Made by a program: the position numbers and the translations under genes. A DNA stretch of 60,420 nucleotides, taken from IMG/VR virus record IMGVR_UViG_3300032225_000805, positions 1-60,420 of that record; one strand, 5' to 3'. Source of the DNA: a virus. Its lineage: Duplodnaviria > Caudoviricetes. The notes beneath the pieces are model-generated. The model was not told the DNA's origin. It saw only the letters and a list, made by a program, of their open reading frames with translations, and searched no databases. Below are positions 1-9,369 of this stretch, piece after piece (position 1 is the stretch's first letter; each line of letters starts with the position of its first letter).

Positions 1-1
1 A

Positions 2-3000
2 TCTGTTAGCAATCAGAAGAAAGCATTCGACTTTATTAAAGAAAGAATGGCTATCGAACAAGAGGTTAAGGGGAAGGATGAGAGTTTAACATTAGCAAAA
101 AAACAAAGAATAACTGAAATAAATAAACAACTTCAAGCTATTAGCTTAGAAACAGTAGCAGCTGTTGACAATGCCAAAGTTGGAACCGCTAACGCAGAAG
201 CAGCTCTTGCTGACATAGAAGCAAAAAAAGCTGACGTAGAAAAAAGAAGACAAGAAGAGTTAGGGGGTGCTGGTATAGTGGTAGATACGAGAACAGATAA
301 AGATTTTGCAAATGAAAAAGAGTTATATAGGGTTATTGTAGGAGATGAAGCATTTAACGATATTGTAGAAAGTGGTGTAGTTAGAGTTGGCCTATCTCAA
401 GAGTCTAAAGATAATGCAGAAAAAGCCGCTAGTGAAGGCGGAATAAATTTAGACAGAAGAGGAACTACTCCGTCTCCGTCTTTTGCAAAAGGCAAAGCTG
501 CAATGGGTTACGCAAAAGGGAACCCAAATAATTACATTATTGTTACCGAAGATGCTTCTTTACAACCATCGACTTTAGGAAGGCATGGTAAAGGAGATAC
601 AATGTTCCCAACAGACACGAATGGGAAACATCTGAAAGAACTAGATGGGAGTAAGGTAAAAGTATATAAGCATATTGGTGATGGTAAGTATGAATTAGTT
701 TATGCAAATGGTAAATTAGTAAATTCAAGCGATGCTGAATTTAATATAAATAAAAAATACGATGCAGAACTATCTACACTAGAAACACAGAAACAAGAAA
801 TAATAAACAATCAAAAAAACACACAAGGAAATGCCACTACACAGAAGCAACAGCAACAACAAGAAGGTACAGCAAAAGACAATCTCGGACAACGTGAGGG
901 AGCTGTACAAGGACAACAAAAAGATGGGAAAGGAAAAGGGGAACAACGGAGTACCGAGAACAAGGGAGCAGATAATAGCGATAGCAATCAACCAAGCGAG
1001 GAACAGAAGGTAACAGAGCTAAGAGCAGCAGAACAAGCAGAACTTGATACTAAAATACCAAACGCAGAGCAGTACAGAGTAAATGGTAAGGTAGATAGAA
1101 CCAAGCTTACAAACGATACAGATAGAAAGGCATTCGATGAGGTTTATGCTAAATATGATAAGTTAATTACGCCATTACTAGAAAGCGCAAAGCCTAAGAC
1201 AGTGTTTGACTCGTTGCCAACAGGGATAAAGGCTTCAGAAGGACAGCCTACAAGTAAGTCGCATGCCACTTTGTTTGCAGCCGCAAAGAAATCATTGAGT
1301 GCATTAAACGAAATATTCCCTAACCTAGATATTCACTTCCATGAAAACAGCGATGACTTTCAAAAGGTTTTAGATGCTACAGCAGGTGGCAGAAAGGCTT
1401 CCACTACGGATGGTAATTTTGCATACATAAAGGACAAGGATGGCAATTATACTGTTCGTATAGATATTAACTTATCTAATCCAAATGCTTCGGTTACAAC
1501 GGTTATCCATGAGGCTATACACCCTATACTACTATCAGAGTTTGGTGAAAATCCTAAATACTTTGAATACCTAAAAAATCAAGTAGCAAAGAGTGTTGGG
1601 TTTACTAAAAATATAAAGTTAAAAGAATTTATAAAGGCCTATAGCGACATAGAGCAGCCAGAAGAGTACCTTGTACAGTTAGGAGCAATATTAAAAGATA
1701 AAGAGAAAATAGAACCTAACGTATTTAGACGTATTGCTGAGGCTATCAATAAGATAGTCCTAAGGGTTACCAAAGGTAAACTTAAACCATTTGAGGATGT
1801 TAAAGACAGCAATGAAACGGTTAGATACTTTTCGTCTTTAGTAGAGGCTATTAGGACTGGTGACTTGAGCAAAACAAAGCTACGTTCACAGTCACAAGAA
1901 GCTGGGGCTCCAATGATGGGTTCCAAGCAATCAAGGGGTGGTCTTACTGCAACCGACATGAAGTCTATGACGGTTGCCGACAATGGTGACCTATTGTTCT
2001 TCCACTACGGTGACATTAAGGGGTCTAAGGTAGACGCAAGAAAAGGAACACCAAAAGCATACACAACCGACAAGCGTGTGTACACAACAAACTACTACTA
2101 CACTAACGAGAGCGATAGAGAGGGAATGGTTAGCGGAAAGGTAAACGTAGTAAGGGTACCTGCCGATAAGGTATATAGCTTTAACAAAGATGTCTTAGGG
2201 TTGTTTGATGAGGCTAAGAAAAACTCAGAGGCTCAATCAAAAGGCCAAGCATTTTCTCCTAACAGACAGGCCGATTTTATTGCCCAACTAGCAGCAAAGA
2301 ATGGGTTTGATATGATGGTGGCTAAGTGGGGTAATGGATACCGTGCTGAGTCTCCTAAGGCTCTTCCTATTGACGCAGCGTTGACTAAGCAGATGCGAAC
2401 CAATGGAAGTCTGTCTACCGCTGCTGTAGATGATAAATTAAACCAAGACATATACAATGCAGCTGCATCTAAAGCAAATGGCAACAGTGAGAAGTACAGA
2501 AGCGCATTTTATGGGATAAAAGATATTACCGCTAAGGACATTATGGAGCATCCTATTTTGTCAAGAGGTATTCCTAAGAGACTAGCAGATAAGTATAATA
2601 TCGGACAGGTTAGGTCTAAGCAGTCGAGAAGTAGTAATGAGGATATAGTATCTGCATCTGTAAATGTAGCTCCATTATATAGCACAAAAGTAAGCAATGT
2701 AGGACAAGCTGAATTAATTCATAATTCTGAACTATATAAAAGATATAAAAATAATAATGAAAGATTAGCTAAAATGTTTAATCTTAAAGTTATAAGTCAA
2801 GGAGATGGTGTTGGTGGCTATGAATTTTCAAATGGCGATGCCGTAATGGAAGCAACTACTGTAGTTAATGTAAGAGGTAAATTCTCAGACATTGTTAATT
2901 ACGCAGCAGTAGTTGGGGCTTTAGCTCCAGAAGTACAAGATGCTACTATTGCAGGTATGCATGTTGATGAAAATGATGAAAATCATAATGCAGATAGAAT

Positions 3001-6000
3001 AGCTATTGGAGTAGATAATGTAGATGCTGCAATGAAGGCTGCGGAGGACTCAGGCTTTGATAGAGATGGATTTACGTTAATAGATAATGAAATTTCATTC
3101 TTTGATGTTTTCTTTGACCCAAAAGGAAGTAAAAAACAAAAAGAAAAAACAAAAGATTTTAAAAATAAAATTGATATCTTTGAACAAAAATATATAGAAT
3201 ATGGAGGAAAAATTACTAGCCAATCAAAAAGGGCAGTCAGAAGCGAATACATCGACAATACAACGAGAAGGGACATTATCTCAAAGATTAGAAGCTCAGG
3301 GATACAGTACGGATATGATAGGTCAGGGCTTCGTGATGCACTTGCCAAGGCCGAAGAGAGAAACACAAGATACACAAGCTGGAAGTACCTTGACAAATCA
3401 GAAACAGCAAAAGAATACAGAAATTTAAGACAGCTTCAATTTGATGCTGCGGCTAATGGTACATCAATAACAGATGCCCAAAGAAAAAGAATATCTGAGC
3501 TTGAAAAACGTATGTCTAAGATTTTATCTACTACGTTTAAGTCAGATGCTAATGAATACGAAAAAGCCAAGTTAGAAGTAGATGCAATTGCAAATGATGT
3601 TGCTGGTCTAGTTGAGGATGGATATAAATCAGAATTTCCAATAAAAAGACCATCAAGAGCAGCTGTCAAAACAGTTAGATGGTATAGCTCGCAGCCTAAT
3701 TTACTAGGTGATGGAGCAAGAGCAAATGTAGTTGTAAATACCGATACTGATGCTGACTTCTTGTATGATGGATTATTAACAAGATTTCCATCACCTACAG
3801 AAAGAAATGAGAAAGCAAAAACAGAATTAGGCTATCCAAAAAGGTTAATAGAAATAAAAACCAGCAATGGTAAATTAGCTGAAATCCAAGTTATGACTAC
3901 GCAAGGATACTTAGCTAAAGATGGAGTTAAGTATTTTCCTGAAGATGCAAAATCTAAAGCAGCTGATTCATTGAAAGAAGTTAGAGGTAGATTAGGTTGG
4001 GAAATACCAGATGGCATAGGCCATTACTTCTATGAAATACATAGAGACCCAAATGTATCAAAATCATTAAGAGATGAAGCAGAGGTAGTTAGTAATAAAT
4101 ACTATGATGCATTCTTAAATAAAGATTCAAAACTTACTGATGCTGAATTTAGAGCAGATGTACAAGCATTTAAAGATAATGTAGATAAAGCCAATAAGTC
4201 AAATTGGGATGAAGGTAATACTGGAGAATCACCTAAAGAGTTAGATACATATTTAGCATCGGAAGGTAATCAAATCAAATCTAAACAGTCAAGAGTATCT
4301 GACATATTAAATGATACATTTAATCAAGAAGCTAAGAAAACAAAAATAGATAAACTAGATGTAAAAGCATTAGCTAGAAAAGTTGTTGATATAGTTAAAT
4401 CTAGTAAACTATATACACAGACAGATGACATCGAAAGAGAGAATGCAATCATTGACTTCTTAAAGAGTAAGGGCATTGTTCAGAAGAGGGTCATTGAACC
4501 TAGGAATAAAAATATAATTTCTGTAAACGAAGTTACGGCATTAAAAGACCAGATAAGACTAGAGATAAAGGCTGCCAATGATGGAGCTAAGTCTATTGAA
4601 GATGCGGTTAAAAAAATTGGAGAAATAATAAAAGGTTTAGCTAAAGGGAAGAAGATATCTGTAACATCTGCAAAGGCCTTGATTAATAAGTTCAGTAACA
4701 TGAACACAGCTAATAAAGACTCTGTCAATAGTATATTAGACTATGCTGAAAAGATATTCAACGATGCAGAGTACGCAGACAAAGTATCCCAAGTAAAGGC
4801 TCTAAATTCATTGATGAGGAGGGTTAAAAACAATGACAAGATACCTTCTGCAACTAGGTCGATAGGCGTTAGCTTTGCTAAAATAAACCCAGAGGCTGTG
4901 TCTGACATTGATGCACACTTAGAGGCCGCAAAGAAAATAAAAGATGCCTTAGTTGGTGTAAAAGAAAATGGAGTAAAGATAAGAAAAGCTATAGATATCA
5001 ATGCTATGGCAGACTACCTTAAAACTGCTATGGCAGAACAAGACGCCTATGATGCAAAGAATCCTACCACCACTAGAGTCGTAGAGCCATTAGATGAAGA
5101 AAAAGCTTTAGAGTACTTGGCAGCTGAACATGATAGTTTATTGCAGGCTGCAAAGGCTGTAGCCCCTAGCGCTGTTTTAACAGATGCAGAGATGGCTCAA
5201 TTGAAAAACTTCTTGAAGTTATCTATTGATGACTTTGAGACTATGGCTGAGAAGATAGCAGCGGTGGAGGCACTTGACAACTTTGTAAAAAATGCTGACA
5301 TGGGCAAGATTCCATTTATTTTAAATAACCAACAGGTAAATGCAAATATTAATAGAGGAGTTAAGGCTATCATGCCTAAGCTATCAAGCATGAGTTTAAT
5401 GTGGTTTAGCGAACAGAAAGCTAAGATAAGAGGGTGGTTTGACAATAAGACTTGGTATAGAGATAGCCCAAAAGACTTTAGTAAAACATTAGCTTACTTC
5501 ATGAATCAATCAATTAGAAGGGTAGATAACTTAATTGGCAATTTCAAAAACTATGATGTATTTAATAATACATTCAAATCACTGGCTAGTGGATATGCAA
5601 AATACTTATTTAAAATAAACTCAATGGATGCCGATGTTATATTCCAAAAAGTATTATCGTCATTTAATGGAGACATGTACAAAGCAGTGCAGCATTGCTA
5701 TAAAATGACAATGTATAAATTGCAATTAGAGTATGAATCTAATATTGGTAACAGAGAAGTAATACCTGCAATGATGCATCTTGAAAAAACATTGAAAGAT
5801 GGTAATTTAACTAAAAAAGATAAAGCTGAATTAAGAAAATTAATTGAAGAATTTTCTACAACAGATGCAACTACTGGAGAAGTAAAAATAGATACAGAAA
5901 AAATATGGGATAGCTTTAATAAAGTAGAACAAAAAGCGGCTGAAACACTAGCTGATTATTATGCTAAACTTACTCCATACGCTAAACATGTTGCAGTTTC

Positions 6001-8344
6001 TCTTAGAGGGGTTCCATTTAATCCAAGAGCAAATTACATGATGTTAAATGTAATAAATCAACAATCATCTTTATCTGCTACACCTCCAAGCGCTTCACAA
6101 GTGTTTACCAAGGGAAGTACTAAGGCTGGAACTATTATAGAAAGAGATGGTACGGCTCATGCAGTATCTCTTGACCCATATAATACATTTAATGCTGCGA
6201 ACAGAGATGTTATGATGGATTATTGTTTATTAAATCCAATAAAAACTGTTGAGGCTATATTTAAAAAATTAGTAGAGGATACGGCTAATGATGAGAAAGC
6301 TAATGATGTTGCAAAGTCACTAGAGTTTATTTTTAATGAGATAACAGAATCTATTATAAATAGAAGCTTTGTAATGTCTGATAAAGTATGGACTGATGTA
6401 TTTAATTTTATAAAGAAAGTTGGTGCCAGATACATGCTTGCTAAGATAGACAAAGCCCCAGCCGAGTTTGCAGGTAACGCAATTTTTGCTGGTATTGCAT
6501 ATACTGAAAATATATTAGAGGGGATAAAAAATAATGCATACCAAAGAAACTTTGAGTTATCACAAGCTATGGAAGCTCTTGATAGCTATAGCATTGATAG
6601 ATTATACCCACATAAAGGCCAATCTGGAGCATTCTTAGACCCTAATAGTTTTGATATAGATGTAAGAGACAAGAAGCACTTTATTGATGGCGCTAGTAAT
6701 GTCGCTCAAGTAGTGTATTATAATTCACTTTTACAAGCACAAAAAGGTGGAGAAGCAGTATCAGACTTTTTAGTTACTGCACCAGATTTAGCTGTTGGGA
6801 GAATGGCTTGGGAAGGAACATTGAGATTGGAATTTAAAAAAGAAACTGGTACTGAAATAGATTTAGAAAAAGTAATTAAAAAAGATTATGATTACTTAGA
6901 GAAATATAAAGATGCATTAGATAAAGCTACAACAGAGGCAGATAGAGTTATTGTTGATATAGCAAGTAGTAAAAATCCATTTGTAGGTATGGCTAAGGAA
7001 TCCGTTAGAAGAGATTATAATAGCTTTATGACTAGTATTGATGGATTTTTAAGGTCGTTTTCTAAAAATGAAAATCAGGTAGGTATGGATGCAGCGTATG
7101 CCCTTATAAAAAGTGGGAAGATAGATAGAGCAAGAGGTGTTAGATTATTGGCAGCTATCTTAGCGAGAGGAGGGGTATATAATTCTGTTAGAGCAAAGGT
7201 ATTATTACTTTTAACAGGATTAGGTTTTGCTATTGTAAATGGCATAACAGGTGGTGATGATTCGGAAGAAAAGAGAAGAAGAAGAGCAAGGTTACAACTT
7301 GAATACATGAACGTAGAGGGTGATGATTGGGCTGAAAAATCACCAGTAGTTGCTGGAAAGAAAATTTTATACGCAGGGAATATATATGAAGTTGTAACAG
7401 GAGGTATAACATCTGCTAACCCACCTTCAGATACGTCAGGTAAGATAATAACAGATGGCACTGCTAAGTATAAGTGGATTGGCACTATACCTAGGATACA
7501 AGGAAGTATTACTGGTATAAAAGATAACGTGAGCATGGGCAACTCTTTAAGAACTTATGATAAGCAATTTATAGAGAAAGCAAAGAAAGCAGCAGCACCA
7601 GAAGAAACAATGGCTCATTCATTTAATAAAGGTGCAGCTCAGTCAGCTGTAGGTATTATCTTAGGTAGAAACTCTGGAGCTATATTTAGTAATTTATTTA
7701 TGGCACCAGCTGTTGAGTATGCTAATGAAAAATTCATTCATCCAGCAATGTCATCTGACCCATACGATAAGTATAGAGATGGGATAATGTATTCAAAGAT
7801 GATTGATAGAAGTAGAAAAGACCCAGAGTTAAATTTCATTATAGATAATACTGGTGTTTTTAATCCATTCTTTAAAGCAGCTGTAACTGGATATAGAATG
7901 TTTGATAATAAATATGGAGATAGATTGAGAGAGCTTAATAAGAAGATTGAAGCCCACGAGAAAGGAGTTAAGGTTCCAAGAGAAGAGTCTTCTAAAGAAA
8001 AGTACTATGGATTTATAGCAGAGAGAGATGCTTTGTTGGAGAAACAAAAACCTGTAAAAGCAATGATGGCAAAAAATATAATAATTGCAGCGTTTACTGT
8101 AACAGGCGTATTACCTTCAGGTAAAACCATTGATGCTATTGCAGATAAAACTCTTCAAGACAAGATACTATCGCCTTCTGATATGGATGATATCATTAAG
8201 AAAATAGAAGATGCAAGGAATTATAGTGGAGGAGGCTCTGTTAGGCTAGAGAATGCTAAAGAGAATGATAAGGTTTTAGTCTACCCAGATATATACACAG
8301 ACTACACACTACAAGGCAGAAAAATACCAGCGAAGAAGCCTTAG
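2..8344 (+). CDS. Giant multidomain (polyvalent) virion/ejection protein, C-terminal part, 5' truncated
   Basis: Frame is open from nt 2 (SVSNQKKAFDFIKERM...), so ATG 47 is probably internal. Contains HEAIH zincin motif (1508-1522), RelA/SpoT-like motifs (3640-4050), three SKQSR motifs and a long helical C-terminus. Confidence 0.8.
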   Translation, partial: SVSNQKKAFDFIKERMAIEQEVKGKDESLTLAKKQRITEINKQLQAISLETVAAVDNAKVGTANAEAALADIEAKKADVEKRRQEELGGAGIVVDTRTDKDFANEKELYRVIVGDEAFNDIVESGVVRVGLSQESKDNAEKAASEGGINLDRRGTTPSPSFAKGKAAMGYAKGNPNNYIIVTEDASLQPSTLGRHGKGDTMFPTDTNGKHLKELDGSKVKVYKHIGDGKYELVYANGKLVNSSDAEFNINKKYDAELSTLETQKQEIINNQKNTQGNATTQKQQQQQEGTAKDNLGQREGAVQGQQKDGKGKGEQRSTENKGADNSDSNQPSEEQKVTELRAAEQAELDTKIPNAEQYRVNGKVDRTKLTNDTDRKAFDEVYAKYDKLITPLLESAKPKTVFDSLPTGIKASEGQPTSKSHATLFAAAKKSLSALNEIFPNLDIHFHENSDDFQKVLDATAGGRKASTTDGNFAYIKDKDGNYTVRIDINLSNPNASVTTVIHEAIHPILLSEFGENPKYFEYLKNQVAKSVGFTKNIKLKEFIKAYSDIEQPEEYLVQLGAILKDKEKIEPNVFRRIAEAINKIVLRVTKGKLKPFEDVKDSNETVRYFSSLVEAIRTGDLSKTKLRSQSQEAGAPMMGSKQSRGGLTATDMKSMTVADNGDLLFFHYGDIKGSKVDARKGTPKAYTTDKRVYTTNYYYTNESDREGMVSGKVNVVRVPADKVYSFNKDVLGLFDEAKKNSEAQSKGQAFSPNRQADFIAQLAAKNGFDMMVAKWGNGYRAESPKALPIDAALTKQMRTNGSLSTAAVDDKLNQDIYNAAASKANGNSEKYRSAFYGIKDITAKDIMEHPILSRGIPKRLADKYNIGQVRSKQSRSSNEDIVSASVNVAPLYSTKVSNVGQAELIHNSELYKRYKNNNERLAKMFNLKVISQGDGVGGYEFSNGDAVMEATTVVNVRGKFSDIVNYAAVVGALAPEVQDATIAGMHVDENDENHNADRIAIGVDNVDAAMKAAEDSGFDRDGFTLIDNEISFFDVFFDPKGSKKQKEKTKDFKNKIDIFEQKYIEYGGKITSQSKRAVRSEYIDNTTRRDIISKIRSSGIQYGYDRSGLRDALAKAEERNTRYTSWKYLDKSETAKEYRNLRQLQFDAAANGTSITDAQRKRISELEKRMSKILSTTFKSDANEYEKAKLEVDAIANDVAGLVEDGYKSEFPIKRPSRAAVKTVRWYSSQPNLLGDGARANVVVNTDTDADFLYDGLLTRFPSPTERNEKAKTELGYPKRLIEIKTSNGKLAEIQVMTTQGYLAKDGVKYFPEDAKSKAADSLKEVRGRLGWEIPDGIGHYFYEIHRDPNVSKSLRDEAEVVSNKYYDAFLNKDSKLTDAEFRADVQAFKDNVDKANKSNWDEGNTGESPKELDTYLASEGNQIKSKQSRVSDILNDTFNQEAKKTKIDKLDVKALARKVVDIVKSSKLYTQTDDIERENAIIDFLKSKGIVQKRVIEPRNKNIISVNEVTALKDQIRLEIKAANDGAKSIEDAVKKIGEIIKGLAKGKKISVTSAKALINKFSNMNTANKDSVNSILDYAEKIFNDAEYADKVSQVKALNSLMRRVKNNDKIPSATRSIGVSFAKINPEAVSDIDAHLEAAKKIKDALVGVKENGVKIRKAIDINAMADYLKTAMAEQDAYDAKNPTTTRVVEPLDEEKALEYLAAEHDSLLQAAKAVAPSAVLTDAEMAQLKNFLKLSIDDFETMAEKIAAVEALDNFVKNADMGKIPFILNNQQVNANINRGVKAIMPKLSSMSLMWFSEQKAKIRGWFDNKTWYRDSPKDFSKTLAYFMNQSIRRVDNLIGNFKNYDVFNNTFKSLASGYAKYLFKINSMDADVIFQKVLSSFNGDMYKAVQHCYKMTMYKLQLEYESNIGNREVIPAMMHLEKTLKDGNLTKKDKAELRKLIEEFSTTDATTGEVKIDTEKIWDSFNKVEQKAAETLADYYAKLTPYAKHVAVSLRGVPFNPRANYMMLNVINQQSSLSATPPSASQVFTKGSTKAGTIIERDGTAHAVSLDPYNTFNAANRDVMMDYCLLNPIKTVEAIFKKLVEDTANDEKANDVAKSLEFIFNEITESIINRSFVMSDKVWTDVFNFIKKVGARYMLAKIDKAPAEFAGNAIFAGIAYTENILEGIKNNAYQRNFELSQAMEALDSYSIDRLYPHKGQSGAFLDPNSFDIDVRDKKHFIDGASNVAQVVYYNSLLQAQKGGEAVSDFLVTAPDLAVGRMAWEGTLRLEFKKETGTEIDLEKVIKKDYDYLEKYKDALDKATTEADRVIVDIASSKNPFVGMAKESVRRDYNSFMTSIDGFLRSFSKNENQVGMDAAYALIKSGKIDRARGVRLLAAILARGGVYNSVRAKVLLLLTGLGFAIVNGITGGDDSEEKRRRRARLQLEYMNVEGDDWAEKSPVVAGKKILYAGNIYEVVTGGITSANPPSDTSGKIITDGTAKYKWIGTIPRIQGSITGIKDNVSMGNSLRTYDKQFIEKAKKAAAPEETMAHSFNKGAAQSAVGIILGRNSGAIFSNLFMAPAVEYANEKFIHPAMSSDPYDKYRDGIMYSKMIDRSRKDPELNFIIDNTGVFNPFFKAAVTGYRMFDNKYGDRLRELNKKIEAHEKGVKVPREESSKEKYYGFIAERDALLEKQKPVKAMMAKNIIIAAFTVTGVLPSGKTIDAIADKTLQDKILSPSDMDDIIKKIEDARNYSGGGSVRLENAKENDKVLVYPDIYTDYTLQGRKIPAKKP

Positions 8345-8526
8345 GGTTTCTTTGCTTGGTATCTCTCTGATAGTGTGGTTAGTTTCTTTTGTAGGATAGA
8401 TATTGACTTCAATAATGCCTTATCATCTATGTCTGCTAGTGACTCGTATATACAGTCAGTGTTTGCATTAATCTCTGCCATCTCTGCGTTTACCCAGTTG
8501 ATAAATTTGTCCATGTGTTTATTCAT
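8341..8526 (-). CDS. Small hypothetical protein
   Basis: 61-aa ORF, last gene of the minus-strand arm. TAATTTTG lies 4 nt upstream of its ATG. Confidence 0.65.
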   Translation of the reverse strand: MNKHMDKFINWVNAEMAEINANTDCIYESLADIDDKALLKSISILQKKLTTLSERYQAKKP

Positions 8527-8527
8527 A

Positions 8528-8953
8528 CTACAAAATTATCTCTTTATTGTAAATATTAGCATATCCTTTTGGTAAAATTATGTTATTAAGTTTTATTGCT
8601 TCTTTGAATAGGTAAGCAAAGTATCTCCTATCATATGTCTTTCTTGACGTTCCGAATGGTGATAATAGGAATGTTATATGCGGATGTTTTTTTGCGAAAG
8701 AAATAAACCTTTTGATATGCTTCTTCACAATCATAGGGTGCAGCCTATGGAACCTATGGGTAGAGTATGTAGGTATGCCATACCCTCTGCCTGATAGCTT
8801 GTTTATGGCACCGTATGCTGCACCGTATGATATGGCCTTTATACCTTGTGGGAGGTCATGGTTGCCATCGTTGTCTGTCTCGAATACTAGTACCTCAGAG
8901 TTTTTAAGTCTTCTAATTTCTTTCGGTAGTATTCTGTGTGCTGGTATTATCAT
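8528..8953 (-). CDS. A1S_2505-like (macrodomain-related) phage protein, degenerate
   Basis: I..L..EVLVF..GNH..YGA.YG..GRGYGIPT..FI.FAKKHP..FL pattern. Confidence 0.55.
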   Translation of the reverse strand: MIIPAHRILPKEIRRLKNSEVLVFETDNDGNHDLPQGIKAISYGAAYGAINKLSGRGYGIPTYSTHRFHRLHPMIVKKHIKRFISFAKKHPHITFLLSPFGTSRKTYDRRYFAYLFKEAIKLNNIILPKGYANIYNKEIIL

Positions 8954-9369
8954 ACCTCCCTGCTGATTAAGTCTGATTTAAAAATATTTGTGGTAAGCGT
9001 ATTCCATAGTGGCTTATTGAAGTGTCTTAGGTTTATACACGCACCAATCGTGCTAATGCTATCTATACCTACGATTACCATTGCCTTAAACAAGTCGTGA
9101 CAATTATTCACGGCATCAATTAGGTTTACTTGCGATTGGCCATACTTATTAAACTTTAAATAGAATGTTTCTAATACTGGCCTGAGTTGCTTTAGCTTTA
9201 CCTTTAATTCTTTTTGAACCAATGGCTTACCAAACACGGTAACCCTTTCGTCTCCCATCAAGTCTAGTGTGGCCTCTAGTGATAACGCTTGGATGTATGC
9301 CAGCTGTAAAATCTTGTCTCTGTTTGTTTCATCAAACTGTGCCTCTGGTATCTCTACTTCTCTTAACAT
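8950..9369 (-). CDS. Hypothetical protein
   Basis: 139-aa ORF tightly packed with its neighbours. Confidence 0.6.
   Translation of the reverse strand: MLREVEIPEAQFDETNRDKILQLAYIQALSLEATLDLMGDERVTVFGKPLVQKELKVKLKQLRPVLETFYLKFNKYGQSQVNLIDAVNNCHDLFKAMVIVGIDSISTIGACINLRHFNKPLWNTLTTNIFKSDLISREV

Noticed and set aside
800-1013. Overlapping +1-frame ORF 831..1013 or a CAA/CAG repeat element
   Set aside because: Low-complexity Q/G/E linker of the giant protein; T-poor DNA leaves other frames open by chance
543-8047. Many minus-strand ORFs over the giant gene, and similar shadow ORFs over groEL, portal, tail and replication genes
   Set aside because: Antisense shadows of long coding frames; S/L/I/F-biased composition, no motifs or leaders
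2-8344. crAss-type virion RNA polymerase
   Set aside because: No DxDxD catalytic motif in a plausible context was seen in either part of the giant ORF
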